Part shown: piece after piece, positions 40,900 through 54,600 of the stretch
How the letters are laid out: each line of letters begins with the position of its first letter
Position numbering within the stretch: the first letter of the stretch is position 1
Source of the DNA: Geosiphon pyriformis uo1
Taxonomy: Eukaryota; Fungi; Glomeromycota
Reading direction: 5' to 3'
Assembly: GCA_016748015.1 (NCBI GenBank)
Contig: JAAOMT010000597.1
Span: forward strand, 664,037 to 728,036
Length of the DNA stretch: 64,000 nt
Translations under genes and position numbers: made by a program
Notes under the pieces: generated by a model
What the model was told of the DNA's origin: nothing
Databases searched by the model: none
The model's input: the letters and a program-made list of their open reading frames with translations, nothing else

Positions 40900-42340
40900 A
40901 GAAATTATTTTTAAAAATAAAATCAAAGTTGTTATTTATTTTAAAATTTTTAAAATATCAAAAAAAATTTTAAATAAATTGTAATACCCATTAATAATTA
41001 ATTTCTATATGAACAACTAAAAATAAAATATGTTACTTTTCTGCTTCATTGAGTGTAATTCAACCGCTATCTAGTTATATAAATAGTGTCTTTTTAAAAC
41101 AATTTTGAAATTTTTTTAATTGTTTTAATTAAAATTTTGTTCGAATTAAACCAAAAACAAGTCAACTAAATTATTAAATAATAAAAAAAGAGTAAAATAG
41201 TTTATTAAAAAATTTAGAAAAATTATTTAAAGATGTTAACTGATACATTAAAAAAAAATTGATGAAAATTAAAAAAAAAAAAATTACAAATGGTTTGTTT
41301 TTTAATATATTTTTTCGATTAAATAAATTTTTATTTATTTTAATAATAATAATAATAAAAAAACAATTACTTTTTTATTTAAACAAATAAAATTTTTTTT
41401 GGTTTTATTATTTTTTCAATTATAATCAAACTAAAAAAATTAAGTATTGATTTTATTTATTTATTTAAAAAATATGTATTTTTTAAAAATAATTTTATTA
41501 ATGTTTTTTATAATTGATTATTTATTTTTTTAAAAATTAAAAAAATTTATATACTATTATTTTACATTATAGATATTTAATATTAATACTAAATAATAAT
41601 GTTATATTTAATTATTTTTTGCTAATTTTTGCAAAATAAAATTAATTTAGTATATATAAACATCTTGAAATAAAATAAAATAAAAAGAAATATTAATAAT
41701 AAAATATTTATATTATTTTTATCAATTGAAATTTGATTCAAAAATTTACTTTTAATTTTTTACAATAAAATACAGTTTTAAAAAATAAAACCTTTTAAAA
41801 AATTTATTTATATACAAAAACAATTAAAAATATTAAAACAGAAAAAAAATATTTTTATTAATAACATTAAAAATTAACAAAAATTTTTGGTAATTCTCTG
41901 TTATCATATCTTTAAAAGTTTTTTTTTTTTTTTTTTAAAAGATAATTAACAGTTTTTATAAGTATTGCAATTATTAAACTAATCAAAAGTTTAAACATAT
42001 AAAACAAAATCAGTTTTTTTTTCAAGATATTAGTTTCAAGTCTTAAAAGTGATTTTTAAAATAATAATTTCTTTTTGATTTAAAAAATAAAATCAACCAG
42101 TTTAATTTTGTTAGCAGCATTTAAAAAGTTTTAAATGCAAATTTTATACAAAACAACTTTAAAACTCAATTTAAAACCAACAAAACCAGTTAGCAACTAA
42201 AATAGAAAAGTATTATTAATGTTTTTAAAAAGTTCAACAAAAAATACTCTAAAGAAACGTTTTAATTAGAAAATGTAATTTATGATATACAAAAAAAAAA
42301 GATATCTTTGCCAAAAAATATATATAGATATATATATAAT
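40900..42340. mobile_element. Hyper-AT block, probable decayed repeat
   Basis: G/C-depleted complex sequence, abrupt edges, no ORFs. Boundaries approximate. Confidence 0.4.
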
Positions 42341-44050
42341 AAGAAAGATTACTTTGAGTGTTATTAAAAAAATGAAAGCTCAATTGTAAACTGACAATGT
42401 TTAACTAATAAACAGGTACTCTGAAAGCAATTGTTATAAACTGAAGCAATGATGATTTAATCAACAACATAAAACTATTAGTTTAATCTCTCTCTAAATG
42501 AGATTGATTTTTGGCATGAAAAAACAGGTTAGTCAACATCAATATAGGTCAAAATTGGGAAGTGATTCAAAAAGAGATAGAAGATGATCCGATAGATTTA
42601 TCCTATGATTAAAATTCAATGATTTAATATATATTCGTTTTAATCAAATAAAAAATTGCGATTTGTAAGTATTTATCATTGATAACTAAAAGGTGTCTTT
42701 ATGTCGATTTAATCTGGCTCGACATGAATCTGATATGGTCGGGTTGGGTTATGATTGTTTTTTAGTTAATTCTTGTTTATTATAAAAACTAAATAAGTTA
42801 TGCTTTATATCATGTTTTTTTTTTAATTAAAAAAATGTTGGTATAAATTTTAAAAAGCTAAACTGATGTTATGGAAACTAAAGCAATATTTTTTTTTGAC
42901 AATGCAGCATTTAATACGGGATCAACTAGAATCTTTCTATACATGGGAAATTGAAACTTTACCCTCATCTTTATAAAATTTGGATTTCAAGGTGAAGGTC
43001 GAGGCAGATTTCCAAAGACTCGATTGAATAAAAATATTTCTTTGTAATATTGATGAATACCTTGGACTGAAAAGAAAACTGATCAAGTAACAGGGGCATC
43101 GTTTTATGTAAAGAATCGATGATTCACTAAATTGAATAGTCAAATTAGGAATTATTCAATCTATTTTAGGTAGCCGACATTAACAATGATGATTATTGAT
43201 CATGCTGTGAAACACGAAATAGCAGAATTTAGTTAAAGCAAAGCTAGGGAAACAATGGTCTAATTTCAAGAAAGTATAACCCAGGATGATAAATTAAAAA
43301 TTTCGCTCCCTGAGATTTCGCCAAGTTCAATCTTTTGGTATCATTTTGAGGCAAATCGTTCGGGTACTTTGGGTTAATCTTGCCAGTAATTATTTTTATT
43401 TTTATTTGGCAACTTAAAAGAACTTTTCTTTGATCATTTGATACCTTTGAACGGGTAAGTTTAGTATGTATCATGATGTATTCTTATCTGACAATTGTGG
43501 AACCTTAAAAGGAAACTAGTAAAAGCTTACGCCTCGAAGATCAACAGCTGTTACAAATATTTTTCCTGCTCATAGTATCTCGAAAATTTCAATTGGCTTG
43601 AATAAAGTTGAACTAACCTTTCAATAGATGGTTGAAAACAATAGCCTATTATTGTGGAAAAAGAAAATCTCTCCAAAAACTATCATTTACCTTCTACTTT
43701 TATATTTAAAAGAGGCCAAGAACACTCATTCGGGCAGTCTGGGTTCATTGTTAGCCTAGTCTGTCCTCCCCACCACCGCAGGTTTTATTAGAGTATATTT
43801 GCCAATTTTAGTTGACTTTAATGCATCAACCTATGGGAGTTCAGATCAAGAGTTTTATTATAACAATGATGCCATCATCATATGATATTTTTGAATGTTC
43901 GGGCGTAATAAAATTACTTTATCCTTCTTTGTCAAGTCAATGTTATATCAATCCGACCCCATCATTTATCATATTCCAAATTTTCGCACGAGAAACATTT
44001 TTTCGTTTCCCCACAAATATTTATATTTGTTGTCCTAAACTTTTTCACAG

Positions 44051-44187
44051 GTAAGCAAGAAAACAAACTGGTCCTCTAATAGCAAACGTCCTCGGCCGGG
44101 ATTTTCTTATTTTATAATTCCCTTTTGATATCATAAAGTTATACTTTTATACCTTTCATAAAACGAGAATATTTTTTTTTTGTTTAG
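44051..44187 (+). other. Predicted 5'-UTR intron of the PAH-like gene
   Basis: CAG|GTAAGC donor and polyT...TTTAG acceptor, ending 56 nt upstream of ATG 44244. Confidence 0.55.
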
Positions 44188-44243
44188 AATTTTTCTCCCA
44201 ACACACCTCGACTTGCTTCACGCAAATACATTAAAAATTTTCC

Positions 44244-45410
44244 ATGGAAATACACTCAGCTTTTGAATTGTACAACTTCTTTTGGGCTGTTAGGGAGGCG
44301 CTCCCCGACGAGAGCGACTATAGAGAAATAACGGCCATGATTTTGATGCCTCGCGAAGATATGCCAGGGACAAAAGTTCTTCAAAACGTATTACCATATT
44401 TTCGCCGTTCTGACAACCCAAGTCTCTTTACTACCTTTCAAGTAATAATGAGACACGCTGAACAGAGTCCCAAGTTTGAAAGTGTCTTTAGTCGTGTCTG
44501 TGAGTCTCTCGATATTCTTACAAAGATAGAGCACGCTCTAGGTAATAACAGAAGGCTATTTGAGGGCTATTTAAAAGCCTTACAGTTGGATAATGCTTCT
44601 GCAAGTCATCAACAAGTCATGAACAGCTTGGAGAAATTCTTAAATGACCAATGTAATCCTCAAACTCAATTACGCGTGAGAAAAGTCTTTGCAGAAGAAA
44701 ACGTAATCGGTGAACTTGGTAAGAGCCAGATATCATAAGAAATAAAAGTTAATGGAAAAGGCTTTTACAGAATCTCGTTATACTGGATGTAACTGATTAA
44801 ACGGGGGGTTTTTTATTTCTAGGACTTGATCGTGATGCCCTTGCGTCAGCTGATGAATTGATCAACGATGATTCATTATACATTAAAGTTCTTGAAATCC
44901 TTTCATCGACCAATCGACAAAATTTACCATGGGACACCGTTTCTGCCAGGATCAAGAAATGTCTTGATCAAAAGCGACCCAGTGTTTGGCCCATGTTTCT
45001 TAGTTTGTTGGAAGACTTTGAAATTGATGGTATGTACAGCAAATAATTAGGGTTTCTCATGTAAAATACAAGGAGAAACAATGGCAGAATTATTATATTT
45101 CACGTCGTAAACTAATTTTAATACTTTTCAAGTTTATAACAATCGCTATTATGGTGGCTACAATCCTTACTTCCAAGGCAACGGACAAAATTACCAAGTT
45201 AATTACGAGGAAATTGACGAGGCCTACAACGGAATCTGCGATGAATATCACCCTCCAACTGATAACAAGAACCGTCCTTCGGAACCCCATTTTGGTTTAG
45301 AGGAACAATTTGCAAATTTTACGCTTGAAGACGGTCAAAAGAAAGCAGGGGACCATTCTAGCCTACGACAGCAAATACAACCAAGTAAAGTGATCGATTC
45401 CGTCTACTGA
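44244..45410 (+). CDS. 319-aa hypothetical protein with three PAH (paired amphipathic helix)-like repeats and a Y/N/G/Q-rich C-terminal segment; exons 44244-44718, 44823-45029, 45133-45410
   Basis: GT-AG introns 44719-44822 and 45030-45132 (both phase 1, the second with a CTAAT branch site) join into one open 960-nt frame ending TGA 45408-45410. The gene structure is well supported; the fold call rests on the hydrophobic pattern only. Confidence 0.85.
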
Positions 45411-45451
45411 TTATAGAAGGGAACCTATAAATTTTACATGTTAAGAATGTG

Positions 45452-45519
45452 GTGAGTTTATCATCGAAATCAAACTTGCTTACCAGCTTTTTTCCCCCTA
45501 ACTTCTTTTTATTACTTAG
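45452..45519 (+). other. Predicted 3'-UTR intron of the PAH-like gene
   Basis: G|GTGAGT donor, CCTAAC branch point (45497-45502), pyrimidine tract, TTAG acceptor; 68 nt long, starting 41 nt after the stop. Confidence 0.6.
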
Positions 45520-46339
45520 GAATCAGGATAGTTAATTTTCCGTTTTAATTCTATAAGACTCAATTTTTTGGCATCAAACCATCGCTTGTATTTTTTGCTC
45601 AATTTGATTAATTTCTCAAAAAAAAAAAGGTAAAAATTCTTGTAACACTAAGAAAAAAATCTAATAATATACAAAACCCATAGATTCGTGCTACAAAAAA
45701 CATGCTTTATTTTTCATTTCATTCCCTTACATCTTTTTTGTACAGTATAAAATCAAATAAATGAGAACATACGCTGGTAGTATTTGTAGTATAGGTTTCA
45801 GATCAATTTGCGTTTTCGCATCGATCATCAATAACTTTTTTACATACTCCACAAATTTAAAACGGGACTTTCCCTTTTTTTTATTTTAATTATTCTACTC
45901 TCCCATATTCCTTCATTTTTGGGCTTCGAACCTTCGGTGATTTATCAAAGCTGCAATAAATTTCTTGTAAATACACAATTCTTTATGAATATAATAAATT
46001 TACCCTTTGTTGTAATTTGTTACTATTATCCGGCTATTTGCGATTTCCTAATATTTAATAAAGACTAAAATTTAGATTGGCACGCAGTGATTGTTGCCCT
46101 TAATATGTCGGCAAACAACGAATTGCAGAATTTAGCATGATCTCTCGTCGGTATAAAGAAACACCGGTTGAACCAGTCAATGGAGCGATAGATTAAGAAG
46201 AATCAACTCTTATCTGTGTGAAAAAACAGTCTGCATAAAATCTTGGTTCCTTATCCAAAGTTTTTTGCGGGTATGCATGATGTGCAAGATGTAAGAGTGT
46301 ATTATTTAGAAATTGTTGGTTAAAATAATGAGTGTGAAT

Positions 46340-47580
46340 TTTGACATCCTTAAGATTTATATATTAAATTTATTAGATAGAGCAGTGAAAAATAATTTTT
46401 ATTAAATTTTGTGGGCACAAATTATTGTTACTTTATTTAAGTTATTAAATAATAAATATTTTTGTGGATTTTAAATTATTTAATATATATTTTTAACTGT
46501 TTTATTAAGTGTAATTCAATCATTAATTACTTATGTATAATATATATATTATAATAAATGTAGTTTATTAAAGTTTTATTATTAAGCTTGAAAAGTAATA
46601 CCAAAAATAGCATAATTATTTTAAAAATATAATAATAAACTAACCAACTAATTAAAAATAATATGTTGAAGCATTAAAGCTTTTTTAAATCTTATTATAT
46701 ATTTTTAACAATAATGTATTGCTTAAACTAAACTGTTTTTATTTAACAGCTATGATTTATTAAACAATCTAAAAGCATTTTTAATGTTATTACAAAATAC
46801 AATAATAATAAAAATTGATTTTAAATATAATAAAAAAATTGTATTAATAAACTCAATCTTAATAACAATATTTAATAACTTTTAAAAGTGTAAATTTTAT
46901 ATAAAATAGTTTTTATGTTATTTTAAAAAACCAAAGTAAAACAGTAATTGATATATAATTCAATTAAATTTTTAAAAATATTTTGATTTAACACCATATT
47001 TTGATTTATTAATATTAAGTTAAAAAATTGGTTTTTTATTAATAATAAAGCTATTTATAAGTTATAAAAAAGATAAATTCAATACATTAATAAGAATAAT
47101 AAAATTGTTTTTTAAATACCTATATTAAATAAAATAATTTGAAATGACAAGATAATAACAAAATTTTAAATTCTGTTTATTAAATTATTAAACGTTTCTT
47201 TTTTTAATAATTTATTATAATTTTAATAACTAAAAATTTAATATATGAGAAAAAATAAATAAAAATAATTATTGCATAAAAAACAATTAATATAAAATAT
47301 AAAATATATATATGCTTATTAAAATACATTATCAATAAATTTATAAAAGTTAAAAAAAAAATTGATTTTTTTATTAGATTGTTTTATTAAAACCTTGGAT
47401 TTTATATTGTTTTTAAGTTAATTACTAAAAAAATCTATATATAATGAAAATTTATTTATTAGTTATATTAAAATTTATTTCTTTGTATTTTTATTATTTA
47501 TTTGAAATTCTTATTAATTTCCAAATAAATTAAATATAATTTTTAATATATCTATTAGTATTAATTAAAATAATTTATGT
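46340..47580. mobile_element. Hyper-AT block, probable decayed repeat
   Basis: As for the other blocks. Boundaries approximate. Confidence 0.4.
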
Positions 47581-49806
47581 AGTGAATTGTTGCCTCATGA
47601 TTTGAAATCACAGATATCAAATAAATATTGAAAAGTTATGATTGAATATGGTAACATCTTTTTTTTTATTCTAAATTTAAAAGAAATGTAGGTTTTGACA
47701 TCAATATTTATTTCTAGCCTAAAATTATTCCTTTCAAAAAAAAATTAAGATTTAAAGATTCCATTATCCCTAATTTAAATATCACACTCATTAAAACCAA
47801 ACTGATAAAACTTAAATACTAATTTTTTTCCCACAATGATCAGGTTATCATTTCGAATCAATCTAATCATCTTTATTGAAAATTTTTTTAGAATTCAAAG
47901 ATAAAAAAATAGGGCGAATTGTTTATGGTTCAAAGAAAAAACCTTTTTTCGTTTGTTTTCACACAATGTGAATGAATAAAATTTGATTGGTTCATAGATA
48001 ATAAGATCCTTTATGCAAATAAACAAGTTAAAGGGTTGACAAAAATGCAAAGAATTCTGCTAAGCATAAATAAACAAGCAATTCTTGGTAAGAATGATAT
48101 AATGCAAGGAGTGGTGCATATTAACACGGGCCAAATAAACTGTGTCCATATTCACAAAATTCTAATATTGGATCTAAAGATGGGATTTTTGGAGTTTCGA
48201 AATTTTTAATCAGTTGCAGCTATTAATAAATTAGTTGGGTATTTTGCGCATAAATAAATTTTAGAAACTAAGATAAAGGAAAGTTGATATTATAAAAATT
48301 TAGGGGAACAAGGAGATTAGGCTTTGTATAGTAAATTTCAATTTGCCTAACAACCTTTGTTTTTGGAAAAAAAAGTTAATTCCGAGTAGTATCCAAGTAA
48401 TATCCAAGTAAACAAAGTAGTTTTTCATCAGGACACCTTTTCATCTAAATAAATGATATGTACGAAAAGCAAAGAAATACTTTAGACAGAACGAGTAAAA
48501 TAATTGGCTGCAAACATTGCATTGCATCACGGCGAAAAAGTCTTCAAGCTTTTGGCTTTGGCTTTGATTATTACACAAGTTTATCTTCTTGAACAATGAA
48601 CTGTAACTAGCGTAGGACAGCCCAAATGAGGACTATTCAAGAGGATTATCAATTCCCCTACTGATCATGAAATTTATGCTCTCCTTGCTATTTTTCACAG
48701 AATTTAGTGGAATATGCAATAAATTTTTGCTTCAACGTTGAAATATTTGCAAGGAGTCTCATGCAAAACAAACATCTCAGCATTGCATGTCCTTTATTCC
48801 AAATATCTTTTTTCTCGAATTAGGTCTAAGATCCCCAGACAAAGGAGTCTGCAAAGCCAATCGAAATTGGCACCTTGAAAATGATAATATTTACATCATC
48901 AAATAAAAAAAATCTGCTACCTATCTAAAAATGTAATGACTCCCAGAACCAGGGAATTTCTTCTTTGAAGCAGAAACTTCTTTAGATGATTCAATAACAT
49001 TTAGTGTATCATCAAGCAAAGCTTAAACTGTTAAACTTGTACTTTTTGCTCAAGAATTTTTGAACGCTAAAAATATTCTTATTTTACTAGTTTAAGAACC
49101 TTAAAATTTTGAGTCTGAAAAAAAACTATTCAACCCGATTTATAGGGTATTCAGTTCCACTAAATAAAGTTCAATAAAAAATTTTATCTTTGAATATTAA
49201 TGATATTCTATGTTTACAAAGTTTCACTAAGATGGGTGATATAATCAAATCCTAGCAGGTGTTTTTTTTTCTTTTCGCAGTTGGTACGAAATGATAACAT
49301 GTTTACGCTCACATTCATAAATTGGTGATAGTTTTTATTTATACCGGAAAATAATCTCAGAGTTTTGTAAGGTTGTTGAAGACCATATTTCAAATTTCAG
49401 ATTAATAAATATTACTTTATCTATTAGAAGAGTATAATTCGATATCTTCTAAATGAAAAATTATATATGAAAATAATATTTAAACTTGAAACTTTGGCAC
49501 ATTAAGCCTATATCTTTTTGAAAGAAAAAATTTCTTTTATTAAAAACTATGGCATTGATATCATTTTGATTACTGACACTTAAATTAATTCCTTAGTGAA
49601 TAAAATTCATTAAAGTTTATGAGTTTATTTTAAACTTTAAATTGGACATTTCAAAAAAAGGTGTAAAAATTAACATTGTTTTATATTTAATAATTAAACT
49701 TTATTTCTTTAGCGTATACAAAAATTTACAAAAATGATATTATAAATGATAATACCGCCTCAAAGTAGAAGAGGTTTGCCATAAATATCAATAAAAGAAT
49801 ATAGAA

Positions 49807-49848
<42 letters not shown>

Positions 49849-51587
49849 AAAACGGTTATAAACAATGAAAATATAAGTTTTACATTAATTTCATCAGAGT
49901 CTGAGTAATTCACTTTTCTAACCTTTTCCGCTCTTATTTAAAATATAAACCCTTCAATCGAATGAAAGACAATATTAAAAACGATAATTCACATATTCTA
50001 AAGACCCTCTGAAAAATTTGCTCAGAATAAAAGAAAGATTGTGAAACTGCAGGAGTAAATTTAACAAGGGAAATAAGACTGAAATAATCAAAATCCCAAG
50101 TATAACGATTTGAAAACAAAAAAAAATCGATTTTTATTTTGTTTTTGTCTGAACGAAAATACGATATTTGCGTTTAAGTGGCTTTATGAAAATTTGCTTT
50201 CACTATAGAAAATTCTGGTATTTTGGTTCATTAGATTTGATTAAATCGGTTTATGACACTATTTAAAAAAAATTCTTTAAGAATGACAAAAATTCATACC
50301 AATCAATTATTATTTTTCAACCAAATTGTGATAATCTAATGCAGAATTTTTTATTAAATAATTCTAAACATCCATGTAGAATAAAATAATTTTTTTGCTT
50401 TTGTACATGACCCGAAATTCATCCTAATATATAATCAGATATGTCTAATATCATTTTCATATGACTTTAAATTAAATTAAATTACTAAAATTGTATTTTC
50501 ATCAAATTTAATTATTTTGATATAATTTTATCAATTAAAAAGCAAAGAAAAAAATATATCAAGTTTTTAAATTTATTAAAAAAGCTTTGAATTTTATTTG
50601 AATCAAGTAAAAAACTTTCAAAATATGAAATTTTGATTTGAGGCCATAAAAAAGATGTTGTTTCTATACAATTAATTCTTTATTAAAATTCAATATAAAA
50701 AAATTTTTCTTGAATTTTTTGGGAATGTATATTTCTTAATAATATTTTTAAATAAAAATTTTTATATTTTATATATTTTAAACTAAACTATCAATCTTTT
50801 TTATATAATTTAAAAATATATTAAAAATTTAATATTTAATTCAATATATCTTGTTTTATTAAAGCTTTGAAGAGTTTATGAGTTTTTAAAACTTTGAAAA
50901 TTTTTTCACTGAAAATTCATTAAAATAATTCTGAATACTATTTATTAAATTTTAAACCTAAAGTCAAAAATTTTATCAACTAATTATATTCAATTAAATA
51001 TTATATTTTTTCGGTTCATTTTCATCCAGGTCCCAAGACCTTTGTTAAAAATATATAAACTGCTTTTCCATTCAAGAGTGTCCAAAATATATATGTATAT
51101 TCTCTCTTATTTCTATATAAAAATACATTTTTTTACACTAAATGGAAACTAAAAACTATCGTAGACTCCTATATTTTTTGGAAGAAATTTGCAAAAAACG
51201 TACTAGTTTCTAATATGAAAGGGGCTTAACTTTCTTACAAGAACCTAATATCTACTTTTAAAAAATTAATATTTATTATAAGCTGCACAGCTACGTTCAA
51301 AAGTTTGTAACTTAAAAACTTTATATTATCAATTTTTTTGAAAAGATTTATAGGATACCAAAAGAAAATATTTCAAGGGCAAACATTAGAAAGAATCAAA
51401 TGAATTGTAAACTAACAAAAACTTATTTATAAAAAACCTAATAATGAAAACTTATTTATTAGATATTTTAGTTTGAATAGTTCTTTTGGCTTTTTATAAT
51501 TTATAATACTTATATATTCGGATTAAGTGTAATTAAATTTAATCATATTGAGTGTCTTTGATAAATTAATTACATTTATTAATAACT

Positions 51588-51627
51588 AATACTCATACTC
51601 ATACTCATACTCATACTAATCTCATAC

Positions 51628-51663
<36 letters not shown>
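51588..51663. repeat. (ACTCAT)n-(AAT)n compound microsatellite
   Basis: Direct reading. Confidence 0.9.
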
Positions 51664-51665
<2 letters not shown>

Positions 51666-54600
51666 TGGATCGTACTTTAAAACTAGTCGCCTTTAATATT
51701 ACACTACACGTAATTATCATAATTATCTTATATATTCAATAAAATTCGGTTGAAAAATGAACTAAAATTAATTACCTAATTTTTTTTAACTAAAGCGGAA
51801 TATCTAATATTAAAATGAAGTAATAAAAACAAGCTTACATCAAGAAAAAGTTGAAAAAGAATTTATTTGTTCAATAGATCCGGAGAATATTTTGCTGCAT
51901 ATATCTTACTTGCATTTTATACTATACTTTTATTCGAATACCCGGGAAAAATAAACATTTACCTAATTTGATTTTGAATTTCACGTAAAACATTCATGTA
52001 CCCCAGAAAAATGAATCTTTTTCATCGTGAGCAAATAAAACCCGCTCAATATTTCGAAATCAGGAAATTTCTATGCCTATGCCGAGTCAACCCTGAGCTC
52101 ACCTTAGCTTAAAGAGATTTCCATGATTTATTACTTGAAAGTGGAAAAAGTACCTACTTTTGAGAACAATGGTTTTCAAATTTGAAAGTAAGATTTTAGA
52201 ATTAAGGGGTGGTATTGTGTAAGTGTTAAACTTTTTCAAATTTTATTATAGTCATATTTTACTCATGAGAATATTTATTTATTTATAAATTTAGATATAA
52301 ACACCCTATTTTTCTATGGGATAAATTAATACTTCGGACTCTAATTAAATTCATAAGCTTTATTCACTTTCGAAAACTTTTCTTACCCCTCAAAATTTCG
52401 CTCATACAAAATACATTTATAATGCATGATACTGTCATAAACTTTTTGTGAACTTGGTTGATCTCTATTGATTGCTTCTGCACCCCATTTGATGCATGCT
52501 AATGAATATTGTGATATCTACTATTTTAGAATCATGACAAAATACATTTCCCCCACAATTTTCCATTGTTTCATGAGCTAGCAGCTGCAATGCACGAATC
52601 AGAAAGATCAACTAGTATTTTCTTTATGTCTTTATAAAATTAAAGTTTCCAATGTTTATAGTATTTATAATATTTATAATGCTCATAATGCTTATAATAT
52701 TTCATCTGTTAACATTGTCATAATGAACCAACCATTAGAAATCCTTTTTCTATCATTTCTAAATATAGTTTTAGATTAGTTGTGAACAAAGATAGAATTT
52801 TTGTAAAACTTTGATATCCTCCTATGATAAATGGATCCTTATGTCGAATTCATTAAAAAGCTTCAAAAAATGAATATTAATGAATATATTTCAACTCTTA
52901 CTTGAAAAATTATCTGATGTCAAAGTGATTGAACCAATTTGTATGCAGGATATTCTGACTTTATCTTTAAAAACAAAGAGCTTAATGGTTCTTTCATTTA
53001 ACCAATCCAAAAATGAAATTTTAATTAGTAGTAGTTCACATTCCTTACTTATTTACTAATTTGAAATGTACTAAATCATCTTATAAGAATTTCTTTTTAT
53101 TTTAATATATTATACAAATGATGAAAATATATGTTACAGAAATATTTTAAAAGTATTTTGATTTCACAAATTAATGTGAACCTAAATGATTAATTTTTTT
53201 GCTTGAAAATTTTCAGAAAATTATATTTTGCTTACTTAAATCTTTTAATTAATTTGCATCTAATTTCATTGTGAAATATGAGTTTTATCACGAATTTGCA
53301 TAATTTGGTTTCTGAATTTAAAGTTTTATTTAAAAAAAGAATTTTGAATATTTATAATTTTATTTTAGTGGAATTGAATTTCAATTATAAGAGCTTTAAA
53401 AATAAAGTAGTTTAAGCTTAAAATAACGTAATTAGTAAGAATTAAATTATTATTTTTCATTACCTTATCAAAATCGAGATTTTTAATCGGTTGCTTTCTT
53501 TTTTCACTTTTGACAACTGAAAAATAGTAACCTATTTTGAAATGGATAATTTTGAATAAAAAAACAATATCTTATAATATTTAACATCTTGAAATTAGTG
53601 AAGCTTTTATTAGAATTTTAAGCTTTTAAGTGTATTTCTTCTTGGCGGAAAACCAGTAGATGACAAAGAACCAAACGAAAATTAAAAGAAAATGGTCATT
53701 ATGGTATCTCATGATAATATAGAGCCTAATTACAAAGAACAATACCGAATCTCTTAAATTCAACCGCTTTGTTTTCCTTTGCATAATATTTTATCGATTA
53801 TATTCAGGAAAGTATGAGTTTTTCCGAGACTTTGCTGTTTTCAAGAATGTCAAGTCCATCAGAATGTGAAATACAAACATGAGCTATCAATTTATTAGAT
53901 TTTCTAAATTATTTAATGTATAGGGCAATTCCCGAGTGCAAATTTGAATTTGATATTATTACATTGAATATCCTTTTTTTTTGCATGAAAATCAGGTAAA
54001 TGGTATTTCTAAAATTGCTTGCAATGTGAGTAAAAATACGGTATTTCTTTCCTCAGGGATTCATTTGCAGTTGTTCAGAAAACTTTTCAAATTTCGAGAA
54101 AGTAGAGTCCTTTAAAAACTGATGAAAAACAAAGCATGACATCAAAAATTAGAGTTTAGCTATCCCTATCCCTTTCTTAAAAAGTTCTTCTCATGTACTC
54201 TTTAGAGTAAAAAAATTTCTTAGAGCCTTCATGTCTTCATTTACCAGAAGGAAATTTTACTTAAAATAATACTCAAAGAAAAATTTCAAGATTTCTATTA
54301 AGTATCTCATTTTTTGTTGAGTATGTCTGTTTCTTTTTCGTTGAATCTTTATTTGAAAAACCAGGCAAAGTTAATTCTTCATTGCCTAAATTGGGAGTAA
54401 AATCTAAAGACTTGAGATCAATTTTTGGTCAAGAATTAATTCCATTCATTTTCTATTCCTACCTGATTTTAAATTAAAAACAAAAATTATTTTATCATGA
54501 AACAAATTCCGATAGCCATTACCTTTAAGATGCTTTTCAGCTAGAATCAATTTAATTTATGGAATAGTGCTAAACGTTGAAATACTTTGTGGCTGGCAGA

